Assembly (NCBI GenBank): GCA_035559535.1
Contig: DATMBG010000017.1
Location: 124,001 to 156,374, forward strand
Length of the DNA stretch: 32,374 nt
Reading direction: 5' to 3'
Origin: Candidatus Limnocylindrales bacterium
GTDB taxonomy: Bacteria > Moduliflexota > Moduliflexia > Moduliflexales > JAUQPW01
In this document: in pieces, positions 1-9,376 of the stretch
Layout of the letters: each line of letters starts with the position of its first letter
Position numbering within the stretch: position 1 is the first letter of the stretch
Notes under the pieces: model-generated
Database searches by the model: none
What the model saw: the letters and a program-made list of their open reading frames with translations, nothing else
Told to the model about the DNA's origin: nothing
Made by a program: the position numbers and the translations under genes

Positions 1-1
1 G

Positions 2-109
2 CTTGCCGCGAGCCTGTTGGCCATGTCAGCAACCGTGGTCGGGTTGAATCGATTTTTTTGGAAAAGACTTTACAAATTGGCAGAGGAGAGATATAGTCTC
101 AATAAGTAA
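2..109 (+). CDS. C-terminal fragment of NitT/TauT-family ABC transporter permease (5'-truncated by window)
   Basis: Frame 2 reads LAASLLAMSATVVGLNRFFWKRLYKLAEERYSLNK* (TAA 107-109): a hydrophobic helix plus an NRxxWxxLYxLAEERY tail typical of these permeases. Lies directly upstream of the cognate ATPase. Confidence 0.75.
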   Translation, partial: LAASLLAMSATVVGLNRFFWKRLYKLAEERYSLNK

Positions 110-177
110 GGAGTTAATCCTCAGAGGGCCACGAAGGGTCACCAAGAGTTTTTCTTATTGTTCCTTCAGGATCCTTC

Positions 178-1539
178 ATGAATAAAGTGATGAGCGAAAC
201 CTATGTCATTACAGAACTTCAAAATGTTCACAAGTCCTTTGTCCTCCCGACGGGTAAAGAAATTAAAATTTTAGAGGCTGTGAACCTGGAAGTCCATTCT
301 GGAGAGATTCTCGCGATTCTCGGGCCTTCTGGATGCGGCAAATCAACCATCGTTCGCATTTTAACAGGACTTCTGCCACCTTCCTCGGGTCAGGTTCTCT
401 ACCATGGAAAACCCATGACAGGCATTAATCCAGGAGTTTCCATGGTATTTCAAAGTGTTGCCCTCTTTCCCTGGTTGACGGTGTATGAAAATGTGGCTAT
501 TGGAGCTAACAAGTCTGAGCTTCCCAAAGAAGAAAAAATACAAAGTATTCGTAGAGCCATCGATACCGTGGGTCTTGAAGGATTTGAAGAAGCTTATCCT
601 AAGGAACTTTCTGGTGGTATGAAGCAGCGGGTTGGCATTGCCCGGGCATTGGTCGCAAACTCGGAACTACTGTGCATGGATGAACCCTTCAGTGGATTGG
701 ATGTTCTGACGGCCGAAACGCTCCGGTCCGAAGTCCTTAACCTCTGGATTAATCATAAAACGGATCTTAAAAGCATTTTGATTGTGACCCATAATATCAG
801 TGAAGCGGTCTTCCTGGCCCACCGTATCGTCGTGCTGGAAACTAATCCCGGTCGCGTTCGCGTGGTTCTGAACAATAACCTTCCTTTTCCCAGGAACTAT
901 CGAGACCCTGGATTTCAAGCCATGGTAGACAAAATTCATGGGATTATTACCCATACCTATATACCCGATGAAGTTCCTGTTTTGGAGGAATTTCCTATCT
1001 CTGTAACAGCTTCTACCGAAACCAATCGTTGTTTTCAACGGATTACGCCACTCCCCTATGTTAATGTAAGTGAGGTTATCGGATTGCTGGAGGTTCTGGA
1101 TGATAAAGGCGGGGAGTTGGATATTTTCGATCTGGCCGTAGAGCTGAGGAAGGAATTCGGAAGCGTTATTGCCCTCGCTAAAGCAGCAGAAGAACTGGAT
1201 TTTGTAGATACTCCTAAACACAGAGTCATATTCACAGAGTTGGGCAGGACTTTTATAAAAAGTGATGTCAATGAACGGAAGAAAATGCTGAACGCGCAAC
1301 TACAAAAAATGCGATTATTCGAGGTTCTTTTGGATATGCTTCATAACCAAAAAGATCACGCTGTTAAAGAGGAAACCGTTCTGGAAATGTTGGCCATTCT
1401 CTTGCCTAATGAAAATCCTGAAAAACTCTTTGAAACCGTTGTGAGATGGGGTCGGTATGCAGAGTTGTTAGGATATAATGCCGACGAGAAGATTTTGTAT
1501 CTGGATACCGGTGAAGAAAGAGTTGAGAATAAAAAATAA
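178..1539 (+). CDS. NitT/TauT-family ABC transporter ATP-binding protein with C-terminal AAA-associated domain
   Basis: Walker A GPSGCGKS, signature LSGGMKQR, Walker B LCMDEPF, H-loop VTH. A C-terminal extension of about 170 aa ending in WGRYAEL is typical of this subfamily. Confidence 0.9.
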   Translation: MNKVMSETYVITELQNVHKSFVLPTGKEIKILEAVNLEVHSGEILAILGPSGCGKSTIVRILTGLLPPSSGQVLYHGKPMTGINPGVSMVFQSVALFPWLTVYENVAIGANKSELPKEEKIQSIRRAIDTVGLEGFEEAYPKELSGGMKQRVGIARALVANSELLCMDEPFSGLDVLTAETLRSEVLNLWINHKTDLKSILIVTHNISEAVFLAHRIVVLETNPGRVRVVLNNNLPFPRNYRDPGFQAMVDKIHGIITHTYIPDEVPVLEEFPISVTASTETNRCFQRITPLPYVNVSEVIGLLEVLDDKGGELDIFDLAVELRKEFGSVIALAKAAEELDFVDTPKHRVIFTELGRTFIKSDVNERKKMLNAQLQKMRLFEVLLDMLHNQKDHAVKEETVLEMLAILLPNENPEKLFETVVRWGRYAELLGYNADEKILYLDTGEERVENKK

Positions 1540-1696
1540 CCACCGGTTAGTAGAGATTTTGTCTCCGGTTTACATTAATACCTTATACTCACGCTAAACA
1601 GGGTCATTTAACCAAAGGCACCCGTTACCATGTGCCCCTACCCTTTCCTGAAAGTCGTCCAGGAATGCTTTTATAAGAAAAAATCGATATTACTTA

Positions 1697-1816
1697 TACC
1701 AATTCTGATTAAAGGTCCTCAAGCAGGCAGCTCCACCCCAGCCCTCCCCACAGGCGGGGAGGGCTGGGGTGGGGAGGTCCCTATCCTTTATACTACCTTT
1801 CAACACCGACTTAGTA
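1697..1816. repeat. MITE-like palindromic element with a perfect 17-bp GC-rich hairpin core
   Basis: CCACCCCAGCCCTCCCC (1733-1749) and GGGGAGGGCTGGGGTGG (1756-1772) form a perfect inverted repeat with a 6-nt loop. Degenerate terminal IRs: TACCAATTCTGATTAAAG (1697-1714) and CTTTCAACACCGACTTAGTA (1797-1816). Confidence 0.6.
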
Positions 1817-1865
1817 CTAAGGATATCCTCTATAGGAAAATCCACCCTGTAAGAGTCGTAAGACC

Positions 1866-4661
1866 ATGATCTTCTTTTTTGTTTTGATCTTAATCTGGAC
1901 TTATTCTCATCTCCTTAGAGATCTGGCCTATGGGGAAGATTTTCAGGGTAAAAGTATCCAGACTGTTGAGGTCGATTGTATTGAAGATTCTGTTTTAAAA
2001 GAAAACCTCCTTTCCCATATTACTATTTCACCTGGAGAGTTTTTTTCTCCGGAGAAAATACGGGAGAACCTTCGAGAAGTTTATAAAATCGGAGATTTTT
2101 CCCAGGTTTATGTTTATGTTGAGGAGACCCATTCTGGAAATATCCCGGGTAATTTAAAACTTATCTTTTGCCCGGTTGTCAAATGGACTGTCTCATCTGT
2201 TAAAATCTCCGGCAATCAAATTTTATCCCTTGATGAAATCGCTCCCGGAGAGATATTAACCTCTGGAGATAAATTCACTAAAGAAAAACTTCAAAGGCTA
2301 CAAGAACATATCCAGGAGTTATATAAAGATCGGGGTTATTATAATGCAAAAGTAACTTCTAATACACGTATCGATAAAAAAACCCATACCATTGAGGTAG
2401 AATTTGAAATCCTGGAGGGATCTCCGGGCCAGATTGGTCAGATTACCTTCGTTGGCAACACGGTTTTTAATTCTTCAAGACTTTATCAAGAATTAGGTAT
2501 AAAAGTGGGGGAAACCTATAAAAAATCCAAACTCGAGCGAGGATTTCAACATATACGGGACTTATATCTGAAAGAAGGTTATTTCCTGGTTAAGGTGAGT
2601 GAGTTGAAAAAAACTCTGGAACCCCATCAACCCCCCGGGCCGCAAAAAATTGACCTTACAGTACAAATTATGGAAGGTGATAGGGTTGTATTCATCGAGG
2701 ATAGTAAGACCCTGCGTCCTGACAAGATTTTGAAAAGGGAGTTTATGGAAAGGATCCAGAGTTATGACTCTAACGAACTGGAACAGATTGCAGAGGAGGT
2801 CCGGGACCATTATAGAAGCAAAGGTTATTATCTTGCTGAGGTACGGTGGCGTGAAACCGGAATTAACAAGCCTGAGGTAATCGGAATGGAGGAGGCGAGA
2901 ACCGGAAGCAACCAGATTATTTTTTTAATAAATAAAAGGCACAAAATTGCGATCCAAGAAATTTCCTTTGAAGGAAATCAAGCTTTTTCGAGTGAGACCT
3001 TAAAAGATCTCATGAGAACCAAATCGAAGTCGTTTTTCTCTAAAGGACGATATGACGACAATACCTTTCAGGAGGATTTAAGAGCCATTAAAAATTTCTA
3101 TATAAGACAGGGGTATCTTAATGCCAATATTCAGGTGCAGTCTTTTAAATTAACTCGGGATCAGAAAGGCCTGCTTATCTCCCTTTTTATTTCAGAAGGA
3201 GTTCAGTCTATGGTAAAAAGAGTTGAATTTCAGGGCAATACCCTTTTTACCTCTGAAGAGCTCCTGAAGAAGATTTCTCTTAAAGTGGATACTCCGGTTA
3301 ATCCCGATCGAATTCGGGACAGTGCAAGTACGATCCAAAGTTTATATGCTCAACGTGGGCATATAAAGGCCCGCGTAGAGCCTCGTACGGAGTTTAGCCC
3401 GAATAGAACAGAAACTACAGTAACCTTTTTTATTACCGAAGGGGATACCTATTACATTGGAGACATTACCATTACAGGTCTTAAAGATACCCGTAAAAGG
3501 TTGGTTGAGCGGGAGCTTTTAATCCATGAAGGAGAGATTTATAACCCCGAGAAGATCCGCAAGACCGTTCGAAATCTTTTGAAACTTGGAATTTACAATC
3601 AAGTCCAATTCGAACCCCAAAATCCGGATAGCGAGGATCCTATACAGGATATGGTCCTTTCTGTAAAGGAAGCCAAAACAAAAAGTGTTGAATTTGCGCT
3701 GGGATATGGTACAGAAACCGGATTTAGCGGTTCGGCCGAGCTCTTAGATAGAAACCTTCTGGGTTATGGGGGACGAGGAAGCTTCAGGGTGACCGCCGGC
3801 TTTAAGACCCTTAAGTTTTTTATTAATTATTTACAACCTCGATTTTTTGATTCCCATCTGGATTTATTAGGTAGATTTTTTGATGATTTGGATGAAACCA
3901 TGACGAGCTTTAATATTCGCCGTCGAGGTGGAGAAATCGCCCTGGAGTATAATTTTTCAGATATTACCCGAGCCGATCTGGGTTATAATTTCACCCGGTC
4001 CGACCTCCTCTCTGTAAGGGAGGATGCCATTCTAGATCCGACTCTGGACAGGGGAGTTACAGATGTTGGCAGGTTGATTTTTCGGATTAATCGAGATAGC
4101 CGAAATAATCTTTTGAATCCCACGCGGGGTTCTTTTCATGTTATTCAAACCGATTTAGCTCTGGGGTTCCTGGATTCTCAAACCGATTTCATTAAAGTAA
4201 CCGGACAGACCAGTTGGTACTTTCCTCTCTTGAAGAGAAACATTTTGGCTTTCTCGTTACGGGGAGGGGTAGCAGACCCCCTGGGAGATTCTTCAGAAAT
4301 TCCCATCTTTGAAAGATTCTTTGCAGGCGGAGATAATTCCATTCGAGGGTTTGAACCCCAAACGGTCGGTCCCTTAGGAACTGCAGATAGCCCCATCGGT
4401 GGGGATACTTATTTAGTATTCAACGGAGAGTTAAGATTCCCCCTTTACAGATTTATGGGAGGTGTTTTATTCTTCGATGCAGGAAATGTCTGGTTACGGA
4501 ATCGGAATTTTGATTTGCCGGACTTACGCTATACGGCAGGGACCGGTCTTAGATTCAGTACGCCGGTTGGGCTTCTGAGGGTCGAATATGGGTTTAAATT
4601 GAATCGATTGCCGGATGAAAGCCCGGGAGCCTGGCATGTAACTATCGGATTACCTTTCTAA
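1866..4661 (+). CDS. bamA: Omp85-family outer membrane protein assembly factor (BamA/YaeT-like) with about 7 POTRA domains
   Basis: N-terminal hydrophobic signal, repeated POTRA motifs (I.F.GN...Y...GY...I.EG), C-terminal beta-barrel with loop-6 motif FFAGGDNSIRGF and terminal Phe (IGLPF). Could be a BamA/TamA paralogue. Confidence 0.88.
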   Translation: MIFFFVLILIWTYSHLLRDLAYGEDFQGKSIQTVEVDCIEDSVLKENLLSHITISPGEFFSPEKIRENLREVYKIGDFSQVYVYVEETHSGNIPGNLKLIFCPVVKWTVSSVKISGNQILSLDEIAPGEILTSGDKFTKEKLQRLQEHIQELYKDRGYYNAKVTSNTRIDKKTHTIEVEFEILEGSPGQIGQITFVGNTVFNSSRLYQELGIKVGETYKKSKLERGFQHIRDLYLKEGYFLVKVSELKKTLEPHQPPGPQKIDLTVQIMEGDRVVFIEDSKTLRPDKILKREFMERIQSYDSNELEQIAEEVRDHYRSKGYYLAEVRWRETGINKPEVIGMEEARTGSNQIIFLINKRHKIAIQEISFEGNQAFSSETLKDLMRTKSKSFFSKGRYDDNTFQEDLRAIKNFYIRQGYLNANIQVQSFKLTRDQKGLLISLFISEGVQSMVKRVEFQGNTLFTSEELLKKISLKVDTPVNPDRIRDSASTIQSLYAQRGHIKARVEPRTEFSPNRTETTVTFFITEGDTYYIGDITITGLKDTRKRLVERELLIHEGEIYNPEKIRKTVRNLLKLGIYNQVQFEPQNPDSEDPIQDMVLSVKEAKTKSVEFALGYGTETGFSGSAELLDRNLLGYGGRGSFRVTAGFKTLKFFINYLQPRFFDSHLDLLGRFFDDLDETMTSFNIRRRGGEIALEYNFSDITRADLGYNFTRSDLLSVREDAILDPTLDRGVTDVGRLIFRINRDSRNNLLNPTRGSFHVIQTDLALGFLDSQTDFIKVTGQTSWYFPLLKRNILAFSLRGGVADPLGDSSEIPIFERFFAGGDNSIRGFEPQTVGPLGTADSPIGGDTYLVFNGELRFPLYRFMGGVLFFDAGNVWLRNRNFDLPDLRYTAGTGLRFSTPVGLLRVEYGFKLNRLPDESPGAWHVTIGLPF

Positions 4662-4839
4662 AGAAGTATGGGCGTATGGAAGTGTGGAGGTATGGGAGTG
4701 TGGAAGTGGGGAAGTGGGGAAGTACGGGAGTATGGGGGTATGGAACTATGGGAGTAAATTCTCCCACACCTCCACACCCCCACACTCCCACACTTCTATA
4801 CTCCCACACTTCCATACTCCCACACTTCCATACTTCTTT
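4660..4839. repeat. Inverted octamer tandem-repeat element (GG[A/G]AGT[A/G]T arm followed by complementary arm)
   Basis: Purine-rich arm at about 4662-4755 and complementary pyrimidine-rich arm at about 4760-4837. Ends are TAAAGAAGTATGG and CCATACTTCTTTA. Confidence 0.9.
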
Positions 4840-4843
4840 ATAA

Positions 4844-5824
4844 ATGTTTGGTATCGGAGTTGATTTAGGTGCAACAAGCGTTCGCATGGCCGTTGTGAGT
4901 GATCAAGGGGAAATTGTGAGTAAAACCAGGCGCTGGACGGAAAGCCAGAGAGGGGTTCACAATGTTATTAATACCCTTGTAGAGGGTATTAAAGAGATCA
5001 CAGAAGAAACATCCCTTCCCATCCACGAAATGGCCGGAATTGGGATAGGAGCTGCCGGGCAGGTGCATCCCGTTACCGGGGAGGTTATTTTTGCACCCAA
5101 CCTGGGTTGGGAACATGTCCCCTTAAAAGAACTGCTTTTCTCCGCTTTGCAGAAGAACAATCCCACCCGGTTGTCCTTCCCCATTCTGGTGGATAATGAT
5201 GTCCGGGTCGTGACCTGGGGAGAATATAAATATGGAGCCGGCAAGGGGAAAAGGACTTTAATTTGTATTTTTGTAGGTTCTGGCGTAGGCTCTGGCATCA
5301 TTGTGGAAGGAGAGCTTCTTCGAGGCCGGGATAATGTAGCAGGTGAAGTTGGTCATACCATCGTTAAACCGGATGGATTCCTCTGCAATTGTGGTAATAA
5401 AGGATGTTTAGAACTTTACTGTGGAGGACTCCATTTAAAAAACAGAGCCATCCGAGAAATTAACTCAGGCCGTAAATCCATTGTTCCGGAGATGGTAGAA
5501 TATAAACTGGAGAGAATTACACCTGAAATCCTTCATCAAGCTCAGGAAAGAGGAGATCCTTTGGCCTGTGAACTTTGGAGCGAAGCTAAACACTATCTCA
5601 GTATCGCAGTAGCCAATCTGACCACAATCTTTAATCCAGAAATGATTATCTTGGGAGGGGGCGTGATTACTTCATGCAGGTCTCTTTTACCGACTGTAGT
5701 GGCTACCGTTAAATCAAATATTCACCTGTTGGCCCGGAATAGCGTTGAAATTGTAGAATCCCATCTGGGAGACGATGCCGGTGTATTAGGCGCTGCTGCG
5801 ATGATTTTTGATGAATTTAAATAA
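4844..5824 (+). CDS. ROK-family sugar kinase (glucokinase-like)
   Basis: N-terminal GVDLGAT phosphate loop, DND motif, GSGVGSG, GEVGH and Zn motif CNCGNKGCLE. No N-terminal HTH. Confidence 0.93.
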   Translation: MFGIGVDLGATSVRMAVVSDQGEIVSKTRRWTESQRGVHNVINTLVEGIKEITEETSLPIHEMAGIGIGAAGQVHPVTGEVIFAPNLGWEHVPLKELLFSALQKNNPTRLSFPILVDNDVRVVTWGEYKYGAGKGKRTLICIFVGSGVGSGIIVEGELLRGRDNVAGEVGHTIVKPDGFLCNCGNKGCLELYCGGLHLKNRAIREINSGRKSIVPEMVEYKLERITPEILHQAQERGDPLACELWSEAKHYLSIAVANLTTIFNPEMIILGGGVITSCRSLLPTVVATVKSNIHLLARNSVEIVESHLGDDAGVLGAAAMIFDEFK

Positions 5825-5881
5825 GGAAGTTAGATATCAGAAGCCGGACGCTATTCTGATTTTTAGCTTCTTCAGAATCCT

Positions 5882-8362
5882 ATGGAAACTCAGGTTAATA
5901 TCCCATCTTTAGATTTTTCAACCCTGGGAACGACTTTTAGAGTGTTAAAACACGAACTTACCGAGTCTGAAGACAAAAAAGCTATTCAAAAATCCATTGA
6001 AGATACCCGACAGCTTCTGCAAAAACTTGCCGTTGAGCTAAAAGAAAGACCGATAGATTCTCTCCCCCTGGATACCTTATTTGGAGTCTTAAGCACCCTG
6101 CTTGCGGAAGCTGGACCTCCGCGCTTTGAGACTTCAGATAAACCGGAGCATCAGGAGATTTGTTCCGACATGCAGGCTTTGCGAAGTGAAGTGGTTCAGG
6201 TATTTAAAACCTATTTTGCCCGGGAAGAGTTCCGTGACATTCATTCCTTTGTTGAAGCAGAAGTTATGCCGCTTCTGGAAGAAGCCATAACCCGACAGAT
6301 GCCTTTTCGAGTGATCCAGATGGGTAAAGTGGCAGATACTCTGTTTAAGTTTACCGATCGGATTACCAACCCAGAATTGCAAGGGCTTTTAGAGCAAATT
6401 TATACCATGAAATATCCTCGATTTGGGACTTCAGGTGTTCGGGGGCGGTGGAAGATCGACTTCGATGAACTTAAGGCGAAGCGGGTAACCCAGGCCATCT
6501 GTGATTATATCAAAGAGAAATCAAGATTTCCCAGCAATACCCTGGTAGTCGGGTATGACAGTCGTTTATATGCCGACCGGGTCGCCCATTGGGTTACAGA
6601 GGTTTGCCTAGCCAATGGATTTACAGTCCATCTGGCTAATCGCGATACCCCAACCCCTGTGTTGATCTATTGGGGAGCTGAAAAACTGGGTTCACAAAAT
6701 ATTGCGGGTATTATCATTTGCACTGCCAGCCATAATCCCGTCGAATGGCATGGGATTAAATATTGTAAACCCAATGGAGCCTCTGCACCGACTTCGGTGA
6801 CCGATTGGATTGGTTCACGGGCCAATCTTCTCCAGCTTCTGAAAAAAACCTTTGATCCCGTTGACCTGGATGAAGCCCAGGAAACCGGACGTGTTATTCC
6901 CTTTGATGCCATCGAAGATTACTGTAACTGGATCCTCTCCGAGGAAAAGGGACTTAACAAGCAGGCTATCCGGGATTTCTTCGGGGACAAAAGGGTCATC
7001 GTCGATGAAATGCATAGTGCTTCACGGGGTTATTTGAGCCGTATCCTGGGAGAGTTAGGAATCGAGCATAAGCTCATCCATGGAAAAATAGATCGAAAAT
7101 TGGGCAATCTGGATTATGCCAGCCCGGAGCCGCCGTTTATCCAGGACTGCATGGAAGCTGTCAAAAGAGAAAAAGCAACCCTGGGATTGGCCGTAGATAC
7201 CGATTCAGATCGCTACGGTGTGGTCGATGGCGGAGGTATTTTTTTCAAACCCAATCAAATCCTGCCCATGCTGACGGATTATTTAGTTCGTATTAAAGGT
7301 TATAAGGGCAAGATTGTCAGAACCCAATCAACTTCCAGGGCGATGGATGAGGTGGCCAAAAACCTGGCATCTACAGGTCGAATTGTCAAACCCGGTCCTA
7401 CCGAACTCCCCAACTATGCCAGAAGTGCTTCTTATCAAACCCGGGTTGGAAAAAAGGAAGATCTGGCCGGACTTCCGCTTCACGTCGTGGCGGTGGGAAT
7501 CAAATACATTGCAGAGGTTATGGAGCCAGATCGCAATAATTTTATTATTGGGGGGGAGGAGAGTTCAGGATTAACCACCCAGGGGCATATTTTGGATAAG
7601 GATGGAATCTGGGCCTGTATGTTGATCATGGAAATGATGGCCGTACAGAGGAAGTCAATCCATGAACTTTGGAGGGATTTCACGAAAAGATATGGGGAAT
7701 TTCATTCCGACCGGGTCGATGTCGATGCCACCGACAAAGCCAAAGAGAAATTTATCGATTTCTATCTGGATAGCTATCAAAACCTAACTCCCGAGCAATT
7801 AGATCAAAAGAGGATTGCCGGACTCAAAGTCGTCTATCTGGGAGGGGTTCGCTACGATAATGTCGAAATCATTCTGGAAGACGAAAAAACGCACGAACGT
7901 AGTTATCTGATTCTCCGTGCTTCCGGTACGGAACCTCTCAACAGGGTTTACACCGAAAGCCCCTCTGAAGAAAAGCGGCAAAAAATCGAAAAAGAGGCCC
8001 TTCAAAAACTGGAAGAGTTCTCGGCGGAGGTCCTTGAAAAAGTCCAGAGTTTTTGGGAATTGGTGGATACCCTTACCGTTACAGAACCCAGCCAGCGTCT
8101 GGCAGACCTGGCCATTGAGGTTATCAAAAATCTGGGTCAGAAGACCTATGAGGGCCATATCCTGGATCATGTGATCCAGGAACTGGAGAGGAGGCAGGCG
8201 GATAAGGTACGGTTTCTGGTAGAAAAGAGAAATAAAAAGGTTGTTGAAAAATGGCTGAAGCTTTTAAAGGCCAGAAGTGGATTGGGGCCCCATACCGATG
8301 ATCCTATCCGTTCATCTCGTCCGGTTACCAACATGATCGGTGAAGCTCCCATCATACCGTAA
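5882..8362 (+). CDS. Phosphoglucomutase/phosphomannomutase (alpha-D-phosphohexomutase) with long N- and C-terminal extensions
   Basis: FGTSGVRG, phosphoserine loop TASHNP, metal loop DTDSDR, sugar-binding GGEESSG, phosphate loop RASGTEP. 826 aa, well above typical family length. Confidence 0.9.
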   Translation: METQVNIPSLDFSTLGTTFRVLKHELTESEDKKAIQKSIEDTRQLLQKLAVELKERPIDSLPLDTLFGVLSTLLAEAGPPRFETSDKPEHQEICSDMQALRSEVVQVFKTYFAREEFRDIHSFVEAEVMPLLEEAITRQMPFRVIQMGKVADTLFKFTDRITNPELQGLLEQIYTMKYPRFGTSGVRGRWKIDFDELKAKRVTQAICDYIKEKSRFPSNTLVVGYDSRLYADRVAHWVTEVCLANGFTVHLANRDTPTPVLIYWGAEKLGSQNIAGIIICTASHNPVEWHGIKYCKPNGASAPTSVTDWIGSRANLLQLLKKTFDPVDLDEAQETGRVIPFDAIEDYCNWILSEEKGLNKQAIRDFFGDKRVIVDEMHSASRGYLSRILGELGIEHKLIHGKIDRKLGNLDYASPEPPFIQDCMEAVKREKATLGLAVDTDSDRYGVVDGGGIFFKPNQILPMLTDYLVRIKGYKGKIVRTQSTSRAMDEVAKNLASTGRIVKPGPTELPNYARSASYQTRVGKKEDLAGLPLHVVAVGIKYIAEVMEPDRNNFIIGGEESSGLTTQGHILDKDGIWACMLIMEMMAVQRKSIHELWRDFTKRYGEFHSDRVDVDATDKAKEKFIDFYLDSYQNLTPEQLDQKRIAGLKVVYLGGVRYDNVEIILEDEKTHERSYLILRASGTEPLNRVYTESPSEEKRQKIEKEALQKLEEFSAEVLEKVQSFWELVDTLTVTEPSQRLADLAIEVIKNLGQKTYEGHILDHVIQELERRQADKVRFLVEKRNKKVVEKWLKLLKARSGLGPHTDDPIRSSRPVTNMIGEAPIIP

Positions 8363-8393
8363 TTTTTTAACCGGACCAGCCAGGGAGGAATCT

Positions 8394-9071
8394 ATGCTAA
8401 AACCGGTAGATTTTTTTGATTTATCTAAGTTTAAACATCGCGCCATCTTTGAAGATCTGACTTATGTTTGGGATGTTCTAAAGGTTATCGAGGCTTATAT
8501 TGAAAAAAATTTGAAGCCGGGTATTTGGGGAGTTGTTAAAGAAGGCGCTTATGTTGAAAAGGATAGAGTGTATATTGGAAAAGGAACCGTAGTGGAACCC
8601 GGTGCTTATATTCGAGGTCCTGCCATCATCGGGGAAGATAACGAAATCCGAAACGGCGCTTACATTCGCGAAAATGTGATCATTGGAGATCGTTGTGTTA
8701 TCGGTCATGCTTCAGAGATTAAAAATTCCATTGTTCTGGATGAAGGTAAGGCCCCTCACTTCAATTATGTCGGGGATAGCGTGCTGGGTAACGGTTGTAA
8801 CCTCGGAGCCGGTACCAAGTTATCTAATTTAAAAGTGACCTGGGATAATATTAAAATCAAAATTCGTGGACAACTCTATGACACGGGTCTTCTCAAGTTC
8901 GGCGCCATGGTAGGTGACCAGGTAGAAACGGGCTGTAATTCGGTTCTTAACCCGGGAACTTTACTGGGACCGGGATGCCTGGTTTATCCCAATGCAACGA
9001 TTGGTGGTTACTTTCCGGCCCGGACTATTATAAAATTAAGACAGGTTCTTGAGGAGACAGAGCGAAAATAA
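8394..9071 (+). CDS. Stand-alone left-handed beta-helix acetyltransferase resembling the C-terminal domain of archaeal-type GlmU
   Basis: Hexapeptide repeats (YIGKGTVVEPGAYIRGPAIIGEDNEIRNGAYIR), HFNYVGDS, NLGAGT, KFGAMVGD. ATG 8394 preceded by GGGAGG, preferred over the track's start at 8340. No nucleotidyltransferase domain. Confidence 0.8.
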   Translation: MLKPVDFFDLSKFKHRAIFEDLTYVWDVLKVIEAYIEKNLKPGIWGVVKEGAYVEKDRVYIGKGTVVEPGAYIRGPAIIGEDNEIRNGAYIRENVIIGDRCVIGHASEIKNSIVLDEGKAPHFNYVGDSVLGNGCNLGAGTKLSNLKVTWDNIKIKIRGQLYDTGLLKFGAMVGDQVETGCNSVLNPGTLLGPGCLVYPNATIGGYFPARTIIKLRQVLEETERK

Positions 9072-9167
9072 GGGGAAGGTAAGGAAATAAACTCTTTACC
9101 ACAACCACTCCACTCTGGCCTTGCCAGGAATCAGGTGAATTATCAGGTAAATGCTGGGAGCCAACCC

Positions 9168-9283
9168 ATAGCTAATGCAACTTATGAGCAAGATTTTTAT
9201 GCCTGGTTGTTAAAAAGTGCCGAATTAATTCGGTGTTGAAATCAGAATGAGCTGTTGAACCTATGGCCGAGGAATTAGAAGGT
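9168..9283 (+). pseudogene. Decayed 5' remnant of a DUF29-family gene
   Basis: GGGAG then ATA (likely mutated ATG), reading ANATYEQDFYAWLLKSAELIRC* (TGA 9237-9239). After a frameshift it reads AVEPMAEELEG (9251-9283). Matches the DUF29 N-terminal pattern YExDFxxW...L...(I/L)AEELE. Confidence 0.7.
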
Positions 9284-9376
9284 CAGGTCGCGATGAATCA
9301 ACCGTACCTTAAAGGTGTGAATACACTCTCGAAGAGGTCCTAGACCCTAACTTTTATCCCGAATAAAAAGAACTTT

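Noticed and set aside
667-1299. Long antisense or alternate-frame ORFs (e.g. 667-1299, 12674-13225, 21379-21876, 23266-23826, 30601-31056)
   Set aside because: They are shadows of well-supported genes on the other strand and contain no motifs.
1630-1869. 79-aa ORF before bamA, and ORFs 29935-30123 and 30002-30214
   Set aside because: They run through GC-rich palindromic elements and have no recognisable protein features.
4660-4839. CRISPR array or telomere-like interpretation of the tandem repeats
   Set aside because: Units are contiguous 8-mers with no unique spacers, they are arranged as inverted arms, and no cas genes are present.
4642-4887. Short ORFs over the octamer repeats (4642-4887, 25388-25588, 25480-25710) and the 45-aa N-terminal extension of livF
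   Set aside because: These are translations of the tandem repeat (MEVWKYGS/PILPYFHTS-type periodic text) with no RBS or domain.
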